From Geosiphon pyriformis uo1 (taxonomy: Eukaryota > Fungi > Glomeromycota): a stretch of 27,408 bases of DNA. The first letter of the stretch is position 1. Each line of letters opens with the position of its first letter. The notes beneath the pieces were generated by a model. The model had not been told where the DNA came from, made no database searches, and worked only from the letters and a program-made list of their open reading frames with translations. Position numbers and translations under genes: made by a program. Below are positions 1-10,204 of this stretch, one piece after another. The stretch is taken from the NCBI GenBank assembly GCA_016748015.1, contig JAAOMT010000666.1:1-27408 (forward strand). Reading direction: 5' to 3'.

Positions 1-474
1 CTCAAAGCTATGTTATTTTCTAAAATATATTAGAAAGATTATTCATTTTTTGATATTCCTTCTTTCTGTTTTAAGTTTTAATTAGAAGCAAGATCTTATT
101 GGTCCTAACCAGTAATACTCAAAGTTTCAGGTTATAGGGAAGGTTTTTGACATAAAAATTAGTTAAGGCAAATTGTCTTAGGAAGGAAAGCGCGGCACTC
201 ATATATTCGATTAAACCCTCCCACCCAGGGTTCAAACCCTGTGTGGGGCAAATCAAATATAGATAATCTGTCCGGGAAGACATAAAACTATCCGTCGATG
301 GAAGATGACGCTAATTAACCCATCTGATAAGATGTAAATCTACCCATCTGATATGATGTAAATCTTCCATCCGAAATGATGTAAAACTATGTTTTTTTTC
401 ATCCAGTATGACGTAATCCTTCTGGAACGATGCGAAGACTATCCGGCGACATTAAATAAAGGAAAATGACGTTA
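1..474. repeat. Interspersed repeat element, copy 1 (left end outside the window); direct repeat of 26513-27020
   Basis: Position 1 (ctcaaagctatgttattttctaaaatatattagaaag) matches 26513 onward. The alignment runs to ...ggaaaatgacgtta (474 / 27020) with roughly a dozen substitutions or small indels and one ~32 nt insertion in copy 2. No ORF. Confidence 0.95.
268..474. repeat. Degenerate ~24 bp tandem array inside repeat copy 1 (consensus ~CCCATCTGAWATGATGTAAATCTA)
   Basis: Units read directly: cccatctgataagatgtaaatcta / cccatctgatatgatgtaaatct / tccatccgaaatgatgtaaaacta, plus more degenerate units on both sides. Confidence 0.85.
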
Positions 475-1444
475 TTTTACTAATAAACTGATTAAAATCC
501 ATTCTGCTGAGTAGACCTGCAAATACGGAAACAGCAGATCCCGAAAAAATACTCCCAAGAGTAGTTCCATAGGATGTTAACATAGGAATCAATAATAGAA
601 TAGCTTTTTATTTATTCGTGATTGATATTTTAAATGGTTAAAAAAGCTAAAGTCCTCTCTCTCATTATTCTATAACTTATTAAATTCTTTTAATAAAAAA
701 TTTTTGAGTAATTTCTAGGATAACTTTCAAAATAACAGGTCTTGATTTTTTATTTTATTATTAAGATTTCTTTTATAAGCAACTATTTGTGAATTTTAAG
801 AAGATTCAAAATAACAAAATTTCTGGCGATTATCGTTTTTTACTGTATAAAATCAATCATGTCAAGAGTATTACTTCTGGATAAAAAACTTTGTATTACC
901 TTAATAAAAACAATCACTGAAATCATAGGATATTCTCGAACAAAAATTTTATCAAATAAAGTCTCATTAAAAAAATGAAACAGACATCTGCAATTAATAA
1001 TTAGTTAAAACAAAAGAAAATAATAAAATTACTTTTCAAAACAACAAATCTTAAGACTCGAATTTTCAACTTTTTTCATAGTTTAAGTATCAAGACATAA
1101 TACTACTCAACAAGCTCTAAAAAAAAAAAGGAGATATTTGTTATTATATTTAACATCCAAAGCTAAAAATTTTCGTTGAAATATATCAATTGAATGGTAG
1201 AGAATTGAAAGGTAATTTGACCTATATTGAACTTTCTTTAAATTCAAAAAGTCTGGTAAACACTATCCAAAAAAATATTATGAGAATTCTTTGATTTATC
1301 TGTACAGCAAAGTCTCTCATGCATATTTTGGAGTTAATTTTTATTAATTTTAATTGTTTTATTAAAGGATTCAATTTTTAGAACTGTTTATCATAAAATC
1401 TTTGCCATTTATGCAATAATAAATTTCAAAACAATGTGTCAGTG

Positions 1445-1482
1445 CAAATTCCAAATTCCAAATTCCAAATTCCAAATTCCAA
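1445..1482. repeat. Heptamer microsatellite (CAAATTC)5
   Basis: caaattccaaattccaaattccaaattccaaattccaa. Confidence 0.9.
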
Positions 1483-2128
1483 GGACCTGCTATTAATCAT
1501 TTTTAATATTTTGATGTTTCAAACATATATATATAAAAACGTGTTAAATAGAATATATATATATATATAATATATATATACTGTTTTAGTACATTTCTTT
1601 TTGGAAAATGATGAATACGAATATATTTTAAATAGTCTTTTTATTATTAACATTTTTTATTTTAGCACTGTTCTTTTTGAAAATAAATTGCAAGTATTTA
1701 TATATATATATATTTGAAATTTTCAACTTGTGTTAATTGGATCAGATAAATTCTTTGTCTAATTTTTATTTATTTTACGGGTAAAAGCTATTTTGGTGAA
1801 CAAATATAAAAAATATGTGGTCAAAAAAAAACAACCAAAAAACAATGGGTAAACAGACACCTATAGAATTATTTTTAAATTAGTGAACTAAAAAAAGGAT
1901 TTAAGTTTTTTTTATTTATTGATATTAGAATAACTTGATTTTTTATTGGAAACTCGTTTGACCACATGTAATTGATTTAAAAACACCAATAGTAATTAGA
2001 TTTTTTTTTTTAAAAATATGCTTTTTTTGTTAATAGGGGTAAATTAAATTCAGCCTAAAATTGGTATTACAACATATTTATTTATATATTATGCATGAAA
2101 TCTTAATCGACACAGCATTTGTGATGAA

Positions 2129-2159
<31 letters not shown>

Positions 2160-2222
2160 TGAAAATTGAAAACTTATTGTCTATACAAAGGTCAAGATTT
2201 CAGAATTCTATTGTTATATATA

Positions 2223-2330
2223 ATTCAAAATTTTCATTGATATTCGATTCAAAATTTTTCATTGATTTATGATTCAAAATTTTCATTGATATTCAAATTC
2301 AAAATTAAAACTCAAATTCAAAATTGAGTT
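2223..2330. repeat. AT-rich ~25 bp minisatellite (ATTCAAAATTTTCATTGATATTCG-like, ~3 copies plus partial units)
   Basis: attcaaaattttcattgat recurs three times, followed by aaattcaaaatt partial units. Confidence 0.75.
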
Positions 2331-4239
2331 TTCGGAAATTTTTTATTGCTTCAATGAATCTTGTATAATATTATTATTATTATTAAAATTTAACCCTGAA
2401 CTTCTTCAAATGAAACATGTTTTTTTTTTCATAGAGAGAGTATTTGGAAAGATTTTCAGAAAAATTTCTTAAAGTCAAAACTATGATCTCAAATTAAATT
2501 AGAATTGTCAATCATAAGTTTTTATATGAAGAAAGTATCTTATATATATATATATATGATTATTATTATTTAACATTGAATATTTTGTGAATGTAGAAAA
2601 TTTTTGAAACTTTCTAAACTAATTAATTATATTCATAAATGGAAAATTTTTGCATAGATGCACTGCTAAAAAATAATGAGAAAACTATATGATTTTTCTT
2701 AATAATGTAAAGGCGGTTATTCATTTAATTGGTATTGCATTAATTTCAATAATAACTTAAATCTATAAATAGTATTATGTTCAAGTTAAACCTAACCAAT
2801 TAAACTCATTTTTCGAATAGTACCAAACATATTGAGCACATTGAACCAATATCTTTTGATTCAAGGTTTTGCTCTTGGAATTGTAAAAAAAAAAAAAAAA
2901 TTTTTTTGACACACAGGCATACAAAATTTATTTACCCTCCATGTGAATTTATTAAAACTGAATCATCATATTAAAGAAAATAATTTGAAAAAGAAGGGCT
3001 TACTTATAGTTTTAAAGAAAATAAACAGATTATTAAAGTCAACATTTATTTAAGTATTGACTTTTCTTTTAAACCTTGTATATACTGATATGGTGTATTA
3101 CCAATTTTTTTTTTCCTACTTCGATGAGAGAATGCAAACTATTTAATTATCTCTTTAATTATGATTAAAACTTGATTTTTGTATTGAATCCGAGCTATAT
3201 CATTATAATTATTAAAAAAGATTGGTGCATAAGAAAATTAATGAACTCTAATGTGAGTAAGTAGAAGCTATAAAAAATGAAGTTTTGTCTCAGCATTTGA
3301 ATTATTGGTATAGATCTGGGAATGTTTTCAAAAGAGTTTTATAAAAGAATTAAGAAATAGAAAATTGAATATAAAAATTTTAAAAATAGTACTCAATTGT
3401 ATACCTTTTAACGTGAAAAATTTTGAATAACGAATGGGAATTGCTAATAATTATTATTTAATAATTATTTAATCTAATTCTCAATTTTTAATATCAAATA
3501 TTTTGACACCAAACTCTATTTCAGTGGCGGAAAAGAAGCATGTTTGTACACTAAACTTTTAGGACGTGGAACCCTACTCAACATAAATGTAAAAAATCTT
3601 GCTTCTGTATCCCTAAAATTTTTTATCTCTTATCTCATTAATGACATAATTCTTACAAATGATAGATTAAATATATATATAATTAGAAAGAGAGGGGGAC
3701 CACAGTTATTTTAAATTTTTTTAAAAGATTTTGTATAAAAATATATAAAACTAAATAATAATTTGATCAATTTGGTTTATAAAATGAGAAATGTATTATC
3801 TTTAATAAATAAAATTAAAAACCTCTATTTTTTGGATTTTATTGTGTACCCGTTTACCTTTTTCACTCTTTTTTGAGGGTATTCAATCTTTTCTTCGTTG
3901 AAATTTAGACATATATGTATAAGAAAGTTAGAGGAAAAATTCCTTTACACCGTCGTCGTCGTCAACGGGTAACTAGTGTAATACCGAATTGTTTGGGTAG
4001 TTGCTATAACATTTACACCTTTCACTTTCACCGAGTTCTGTTTGGATTTCATTTCTAGGCCAGTTTCCACTTTTCTTTCCTTTTCTTTTAATTGAGTAAA
4101 ATTGAAGTTTATTTTGCTAAATCACGAGTTTTTATTAATTCATACACAACAAAACACACAACACAAAACTCATTTTATTTAAATATTTTCTTGTTTTTTT
4201 TTGTTTATAATAAGATTAATCAGTCTTAGATTTAAAAAA

Positions 4240-5700
4240 ATGAGTCCTGTTCTAAAAGGAAACCCGAATTACTTAAAATTGCCGGAAATCTGGTTGAAAC
4301 ATATTTTTGATTTTTCTGCCGATTCAAATCAAGCCAAAATTTACAATCAACAAAATCGCCATCTACATTCACGTAGAGCTGTTGACACAAAGGATGAAAA
4401 AAATGCTTTAAAAGATGAAAAAAATGCTGTAAAGGATGAAAAAAAGCCTCAAAAGGATGAAAAAAAGGAAACCAATGGAAATAATGATCAATCCAATGTT
4501 CAACCTTCTACAAGTCCCAACAATGATAGCAACAGCAACAACAACAGCAACAATAACAGCAACAACAACATCAATACCAACTCCAACTCCAACATCAATA
4601 CCAACACCAACACCAACACCAACACCAACACCAACACCAACACCAACACCAACACCAACACCAACACCAACACCAACACCAACACCAATACCAACACCAA
4701 TACCAACACCAACACCAACAACGACAACAACGGCAGCACAAACTTATCTAATAATAGCCAAAATATAAATGGTGGCAGCAATGATGGTATAAGCAACGGG
4801 AAAGATATCAACAGTTCTAGTAGTCATAACACTAACCAAATTCCCTCCTCATCTTCTCAAAAATTGGAATCAATATCGACCCCGGTTTCTTTATCATTTC
4901 CATCAGATATTAAAAAACAATCGGACAATAACAATTCCCCATATAATTCTTCATCCGACCATATTGCCTCCCTTTCTATAGAACCAATATCCCCGTCCTC
5001 GTCCTCTCCGTACCCTCCCTCTAAAGATAACATATCATCATCATCATCATCTAATGATCAAAATCCAACTTTAGACACTCATTCTTCGAATTCCACAAAT
5101 TATGCTTACATTGTGGCACCCATTTCAATAATTTTTGCAGTCGCTGGATTTTTATTGTTATTCAAAAAAAGGAAGTTCCTGAAGAGCCGATTAAGTAAAA
5201 GTTTCACAATCTATCAAAAAAATACTTATTTCAACATTGAAAATCGTCGATTCCACGAAATAAACGAAGATTGCGAAGAAGAGTTGACATCAGCAGAAGA
5301 TACCCCCGAAATTACAAAACCTCCCATCGCGCAAATCTCTAATAGAGTTTCCAATTCCGTTCTGGTTCCAAATGAATCTCATAATATTTCTCATAATCAG
5401 GTTGATACATCACAGGAATCACTGTACTACAGGGCAGACTTTAATAATCGAATGAGTAGTAGTGCACCTGCAGCTACTTCCACTCTAATGGAAAACCGAA
5501 AAACATCAAAATATAAACAAAATAGTAGTAATATCACAGATCGTACTTCATCAATACATTGTGATAGTCCGACGTTGCACGAACTCGCAAACCCATTTGA
5601 TACTGATGATTCTTCGGCTGATGAAGGGGTGGATGATGAGGTTTTTGATGTGTTAGTCATGCCAAGGAAACCAGTTAATTGGGTAGAGTGTATGAGGTAG
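4240..5700 (+). CDS. Asn/Thr/Ser-rich single-pass membrane protein (mucin-/Mid2-like architecture), ~486 aa, intronless as seen
   Basis: Long ORF with first ATG at 4240 (MSPVLK). It has KDEK repeats, a (TN)n tract and a Ser-rich stalk, then one hydrophobic helix YAYIVAPISIIFAVAGFLLLF followed by the basic stop-transfer KKRK, and an acidic tail with an NPF motif. No clear signal peptide, so the true 5' end is uncertain. Confidence 0.75.
   Translation: MSPVLKGNPNYLKLPEIWLKHIFDFSADSNQAKIYNQQNRHLHSRRAVDTKDEKNALKDEKNAVKDEKKPQKDEKKETNGNNDQSNVQPSTSPNNDSNSNNNSNNNSNNNINTNSNSNINTNTNTNTNTNTNTNTNTNTNTNTNTNTNTNTNTNTNTNTNNDNNGSTNLSNNSQNINGGSNDGISNGKDINSSSSHNTNQIPSSSSQKLESISTPVSLSFPSDIKKQSDNNNSPYNSSSDHIASLSIEPISPSSSSPYPPSKDNISSSSSSNDQNPTLDTHSSNSTNYAYIVAPISIIFAVAGFLLLFKKRKFLKSRLSKSFTIYQKNTYFNIENRRFHEINEDCEEELTSAEDTPEITKPPIAQISNRVSNSVLVPNESHNISHNQVDTSQESLYYRADFNNRMSSSAPAATSTLMENRKTSKYKQNSSNITDRTSSIHCDSPTLHELANPFDTDDSSADEGVDDEVFDVLVMPRKPVNWVECMR
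4596..4720 (+). repeat. Coding hexamer microsatellite (ACCAAC)n, ~20 units, encoding (Thr-Asn)n
   Basis: accaacaccaac... run within the ORF, with occasional accaat units. Confidence 0.9.
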
Positions 5701-6329
5701 CAAATTTTCTAGTTTGCAAACTGTAAATAATAACAAGATTGTAAAATATTTCCAAGCTCTTGAGTGTTTTTTTTTTACTTTGAAATAGATGAATTTCTTT
5801 GATATCAATTTTTTCATGTATGCTAAGAATGATTGTTTGTTGACACATTTTTGTAAAATTCATTTTATTTGAAATATTTCAATCCACTACAGACAAGATG
5901 AAATTGTCTTGAAAAATATCATTTTTATTGATTTGAAAACAAGATTTACTTGACTTCAAAATAATCCACTCATTTACAGCTTGGGAATTGGAATCGAATC
6001 GAATCGAACAAGCCGCAATCTAAAAAAAATTGTTTTCATGATATTTATTAAACACTTTTGATATTCTTCTTTTGGTATGAGATTCAAAGCCTCATAACAA
6101 AAGATTTTAAAAGCCTCCCCAAACAACAAAAAGAATTTTTCTTATTTCTCCAGTTTGTGTTACTATTCTATGTTTGATTTTCACTAGTGAGACTTTGGGC
6201 CCTTACTATGTATAGGATGGGATTAACCTTATTCATCGATTACTGACCTTCGAATATTAATGAATACGTTTCACAGTTGGTCAGGGAAAAAATTCATAAA
6301 AAATTTCCTAAACACATATAACTACCAAA

Positions 6330-6421
6330 TTCTCCCTTCCTCTTATCTTCTCTTTCTCTTATCTTCTCTTTCTCTTTCTCTTTCTCCTTCTCCTTCTTCT
6401 TCATCTTCTTCTTCTTCTTCT
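6330..6421 (+). repeat. Polypyrimidine (CT/CTT) tract upstream of the next gene, likely promoter or 5' UTR
   Basis: tctcccttcctcttatcttctctttctc...tcttcttcttcttc, ending ~120 nt before the ATG at 6542. Confidence 0.6.
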
Positions 6422-6541
6422 ATAATTCAATTTATAATTTTTATTTCGTCAACGTTTAATTATAAAATTAATTTCAGAACTAACCACGAAATATTACTTT
6501 AGCTTAAAGCTATCCCTTTTTAAAATTATTTTGATAAAAAT

Positions 6542-7663
6542 ATGTTTCAATTGTCCTTGGTTGCCAAAATTATCTTAATATCTAGCATAATTCATTCAAT
6601 TATTGGCATCACGATTGAAGCTGTTCTAACTAAGCTTAAAAATGAAAAACCGTACGCGAACAGTGGAGAATTGGAGGCAGACCTAATTTACCAAATAATG
6701 TAAGACTTGAAAACTTTGAACCCATTTTTTTTACATAATACTGACAATTTATCATCTGGGAAATGTAAACGCCCTAGGTTTATGTTTTCGTTAATTTTTC
6801 AGATAATCTTAGTGGTAGATGCACTATGGCGGCGCAATTCAATTCAGCTGGTAGCCTTGGTAATCTTTAATTTGCTATCAGTGGGATATGCCGGTCTTCA
6901 AATATATCGACAGGAAAGATCGGAAGAAGAAATAATTGAAATAAATAAAAAAAATGAAGAAAATGAAGAAAATGAAGAAATGGATACAATTGAAGCACTT
7001 GAATACTCCCTTATCAGTCTAGTAAGCGTATTCTCAATATTATTTGGCTATCTCGCATACAAATTAACAATTCAATTTGGCTGGGAGAATTATAAAAATT
7101 ATTCAGCCGACATCCGGATCCGAAATGCTTATAAAGCATCAAATATCCTACAAACCTTAATCAAATTGGACGCTTTCTTCATCTTGTGCTACGCTGTTCA
7201 ATTGATCCCATCTAGAAAACTCGGCTATCCAGAATCTACCACAGAGATTGTGTTAATATTTGTTATTGGGTTCTTAATGTTGGTACTGGCTTGGTACGCG
7301 TTGAGACGTGAACAAAAATATGCCATGCTTGTGTTGAACATAATATTGGGCGGAACTACAATATATCTGACGTATCGTTGCGTTCGTGTCAATATAAAGC
7401 GAGACCCGGCAAATGATCCGTACAAGTTTACCCGTCGTTCCTTGACCTTCTCTTTGACAACAACATTGTTATCTGTGATTGCGACAATGGCATATGCTAT
7501 TTTGTGCTTTAGGAACTTTTGGCGTGGAACTTACGTACTTACTGTGTTTGACATGGATTGTCCTGATAATATACCAACCACAGGCAAAATTTCAAGGCGG
7601 CAAATGCAACAGATCCAGAATCGAGACTCAAAACAACAGAAATTCCAGATCGCTATTGATTGA
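6542..7663 (+). CDS. Multipass membrane protein, UPF0658 (fungal Golgi membrane protein)-like; 2 exons 6542-6699 and 6778-7663, 347 aa
   Basis: ATG 6542 gives MFQLSLVAKIILISSIIHSIIGITIEAVL. Intron 6700-6777 (gtaaga..ctgac..ctag) joins in frame. Motifs DALWRRNSIQL, FGWENYK...ADIRIR, TLIKLDAFF and C.RNF.RG resemble the UPF0658 family (recognised from memory). About 7-8 hydrophobic helices. Confidence 0.75.
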
Positions 7664-8458
7664 TCGCTTTATTTGTAAGAGCGAGTAATTATCTCAATCT
7701 ACAACGTCTTTTTTTATACGTGAGGAATTTGGGATGAGAAATCTATTGTGCATACACATATTCTCAAGGGACATGATATATCTTTTCTATGATTCATTAT
7801 CTCATTATTTATTAGCTAATCTATTTTGGTAGAGAGCTTTCTCATATTCAACATTTTTAATATGGATGATTTCAATCCATGAAATTTCAAAAAAACTCAC
7901 ACCTAAGAATTTCGGGCCTAAGAACTTTGAAAGACCTGATGATGCATAAGCCCTTTTCAAATCATTTTTGATTGACTGTTTACTCCTTTTAAACTGAAGG
8001 TTACTGGATTTGTTGTGGCTACAAATTTGATTCAGCCGAGCTAGAAAAAGAATTAATTAATCAAATTTTAGATGTCCTAATTATAAAATTCCTGGCTTCA
8101 CATTTCAATCTTGCTAGTATCAATCGACAATTTTGAGAAATTTAATGAGATCTCGGATTCATAGATTGAATCAATTGATTCATTACCTCGACTTGCCTGT
8201 TTATTTTGTAAACGATCAAATATTTCCAAGGAAAATTCAGAATTTAAAACAATAAACATAACATACAGTATAGTCTAATTTAGCGAATTGGGAAATTTTC
8301 AAATTTAATGTTTTATTTGAATCAAGTAAAAATAAAATGATTACAATAAGTAATTTCGTAAGAAGATAAAAATAAAAAAAATTTAAACAACCAACCTAGA
8401 AATTCGCCTTTAGAATGCGCAAGAAAAAACATCCTTCGCCAATCATATCGCTATCCAC

Positions 8459-9459
8459 TCAAGACTTGAATATGACCGTAATCCAATGATGTGCCTCCTC
8501 TTCACCATTTTGCAGCGCCAAGTTGTAGAATCGTATAGCTGAATGTATATCCTTAGGCAGCCCAATCCCATTCCGATAAATGTACCCAAGATTAAGTTGA
8601 GCTAACTTATTTTGAGCCGCGGCGGCAATATGGTAGCACCAAAACGCCTTTTTCCAATTTAAATTTGTCCCAACTCCATAAAAGTAACAAGTGCCCAAAA
8701 GTGTTCGAGCTTCATAGTATCCCGCCTCGGCTGCTTTTTCGTATAGTTTGATTGCTATATAACTTTTTGGGTTTGTCCCGATCCTTTTGGTTTTTAATGA
8801 AATTATAAACATTGATAAAATTACAGCAATCTTAAAACTTTCTCATTATAGTAAAAAGGTTACCCTTCTTTGTAACAAAAAGCAAGACTGGATTGACCAA
8901 AAGCATTGCCTGCTTCAGCAGACATTTGGAACCATGCAAATGCTTTTTGATGATTAACTTCTGTACCTTCACCTGTTTCATAAACTCAAATTCAGTACCC
9001 ATAGAATATTTTTGAAGCCAATGAAATAAGGCTCTAGTTTTAATTGCAATCTTAATAATAAATACCATATAGATAGGAATATCCAACCTCATTTTGTGCC
9101 AAAGAATCACCATTTTTCGCTGCCAATTCATACCAATAAAAAGCTCGATTTAAATCATATTTCACACCGATTCCGTGCTTGATTACGAACCCTAACACCG
9201 GAAAATACTCATACTGATTTCGCTTTCGATATGCCGCCTGAAAAACGTGATATGGGTCTAGCCTATTATCCTGTAACCACTTTTTGATATCGCATAGAGT
9301 GTATTTATCAGATTTAAATTGATCTTTCGCGTCTCTAAAGATTCGCAATAACTCGTCCGCTACATATGTTTCTGCATCAGATTTTATAGAAAGAGCGGTT
9401 GAAGATTCGATCGAATTTTTCTCATTTGATGTAGTTGTTAGATAGTGGATGGGTGTCAT
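8459..9459 (-). CDS. SEL1-like repeat protein; 3 exons 9459-9066, 8972-8864, 8783-8459, 275 aa
   Basis: SEL1 motifs GIGVKYDLNRAFYWYELAAKNGDSLAQNEVGYSYLYGEG, KAFAWFQMSAEAGN and AQLNLGYIYRNGIG. The GT-AG introns give consistent phases (394+109+325=828 nt). Confidence 0.9.
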
Positions 9460-10204
9460 TGATTCGGTAAAAAGACTGTTAAAGAAGGTAAAACAATTGG
9501 AAAGGAATTATTTTAACAACTAGACGTTCGGTACTTGTTTTTCCGATCTCACCAAAAAAGGAAATCTGTGTTCAAATCTACCACACTTGCTAAAAAATTT
9601 GACCCACGCCTTTCTAGAAATCTCTGGGGTTCGAGCAATTGTGTCACCAGGCTAACCTCGATCAAGATAATGGCTTGGCAATAGTAAGTCTTTCTTACAA
9701 AAGTTACTTTTTACTTCACCTAATTAGACTACTAGATTTTCTTCCAACTCTTTCTATAAATAAAATTGAATTGAAACCTCTGATAATGATAAAGGCACAA
9801 TTTTTACGTCATTACGATCAATTCGAAATGTGAATTTAAAGTACTTGACCGTCTGAAATAGAATACCCATTCTGGCTCGCTTCTTCCATTAGCTTTATTC
9901 ACCATACTTTTACGGCATTTGCTTTTGCGCTCGCCATTTCCTGTTTCAAAGTATATACATTCAAAGGGAGCTCTGTGAGAAGTGACATATAGAAAAAAGT
10001 CCTATCGCATTTATATTGAAGAAATTCTTGTGAGAAAATTTTTTCACCTCTAGTTTCGATAGGAAGCTTTGCCAATTAGATAGTTTCACAAATTCTCAAA
10101 ATTGGGGATTTCCTCATTGTTCGATTATTTATCAATTTTTTTTTTACCGGACAAAAAATTTCGCTACCCATTTTGGAGCTAAAGGCTTGAATCCTTCTTC
10201 CTCA

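Noticed and set aside
268-474. CRISPR array
   Set aside because: The units are contiguous degenerate tandem repeats without unique spacers. The context is eukaryotic and there are no cas genes.
4436-4811. (PT)n ORF 4436-4768 and poly-(VL) antisense ORF 4500-4811
   Set aside because: Alternative-frame readings of the stop-free (ACCAAC)n microsatellite.
6260-6502. 80 aa Ser/Leu-rich ORF
   Set aside because: Translation of a polypyrimidine tract upstream of the real gene.
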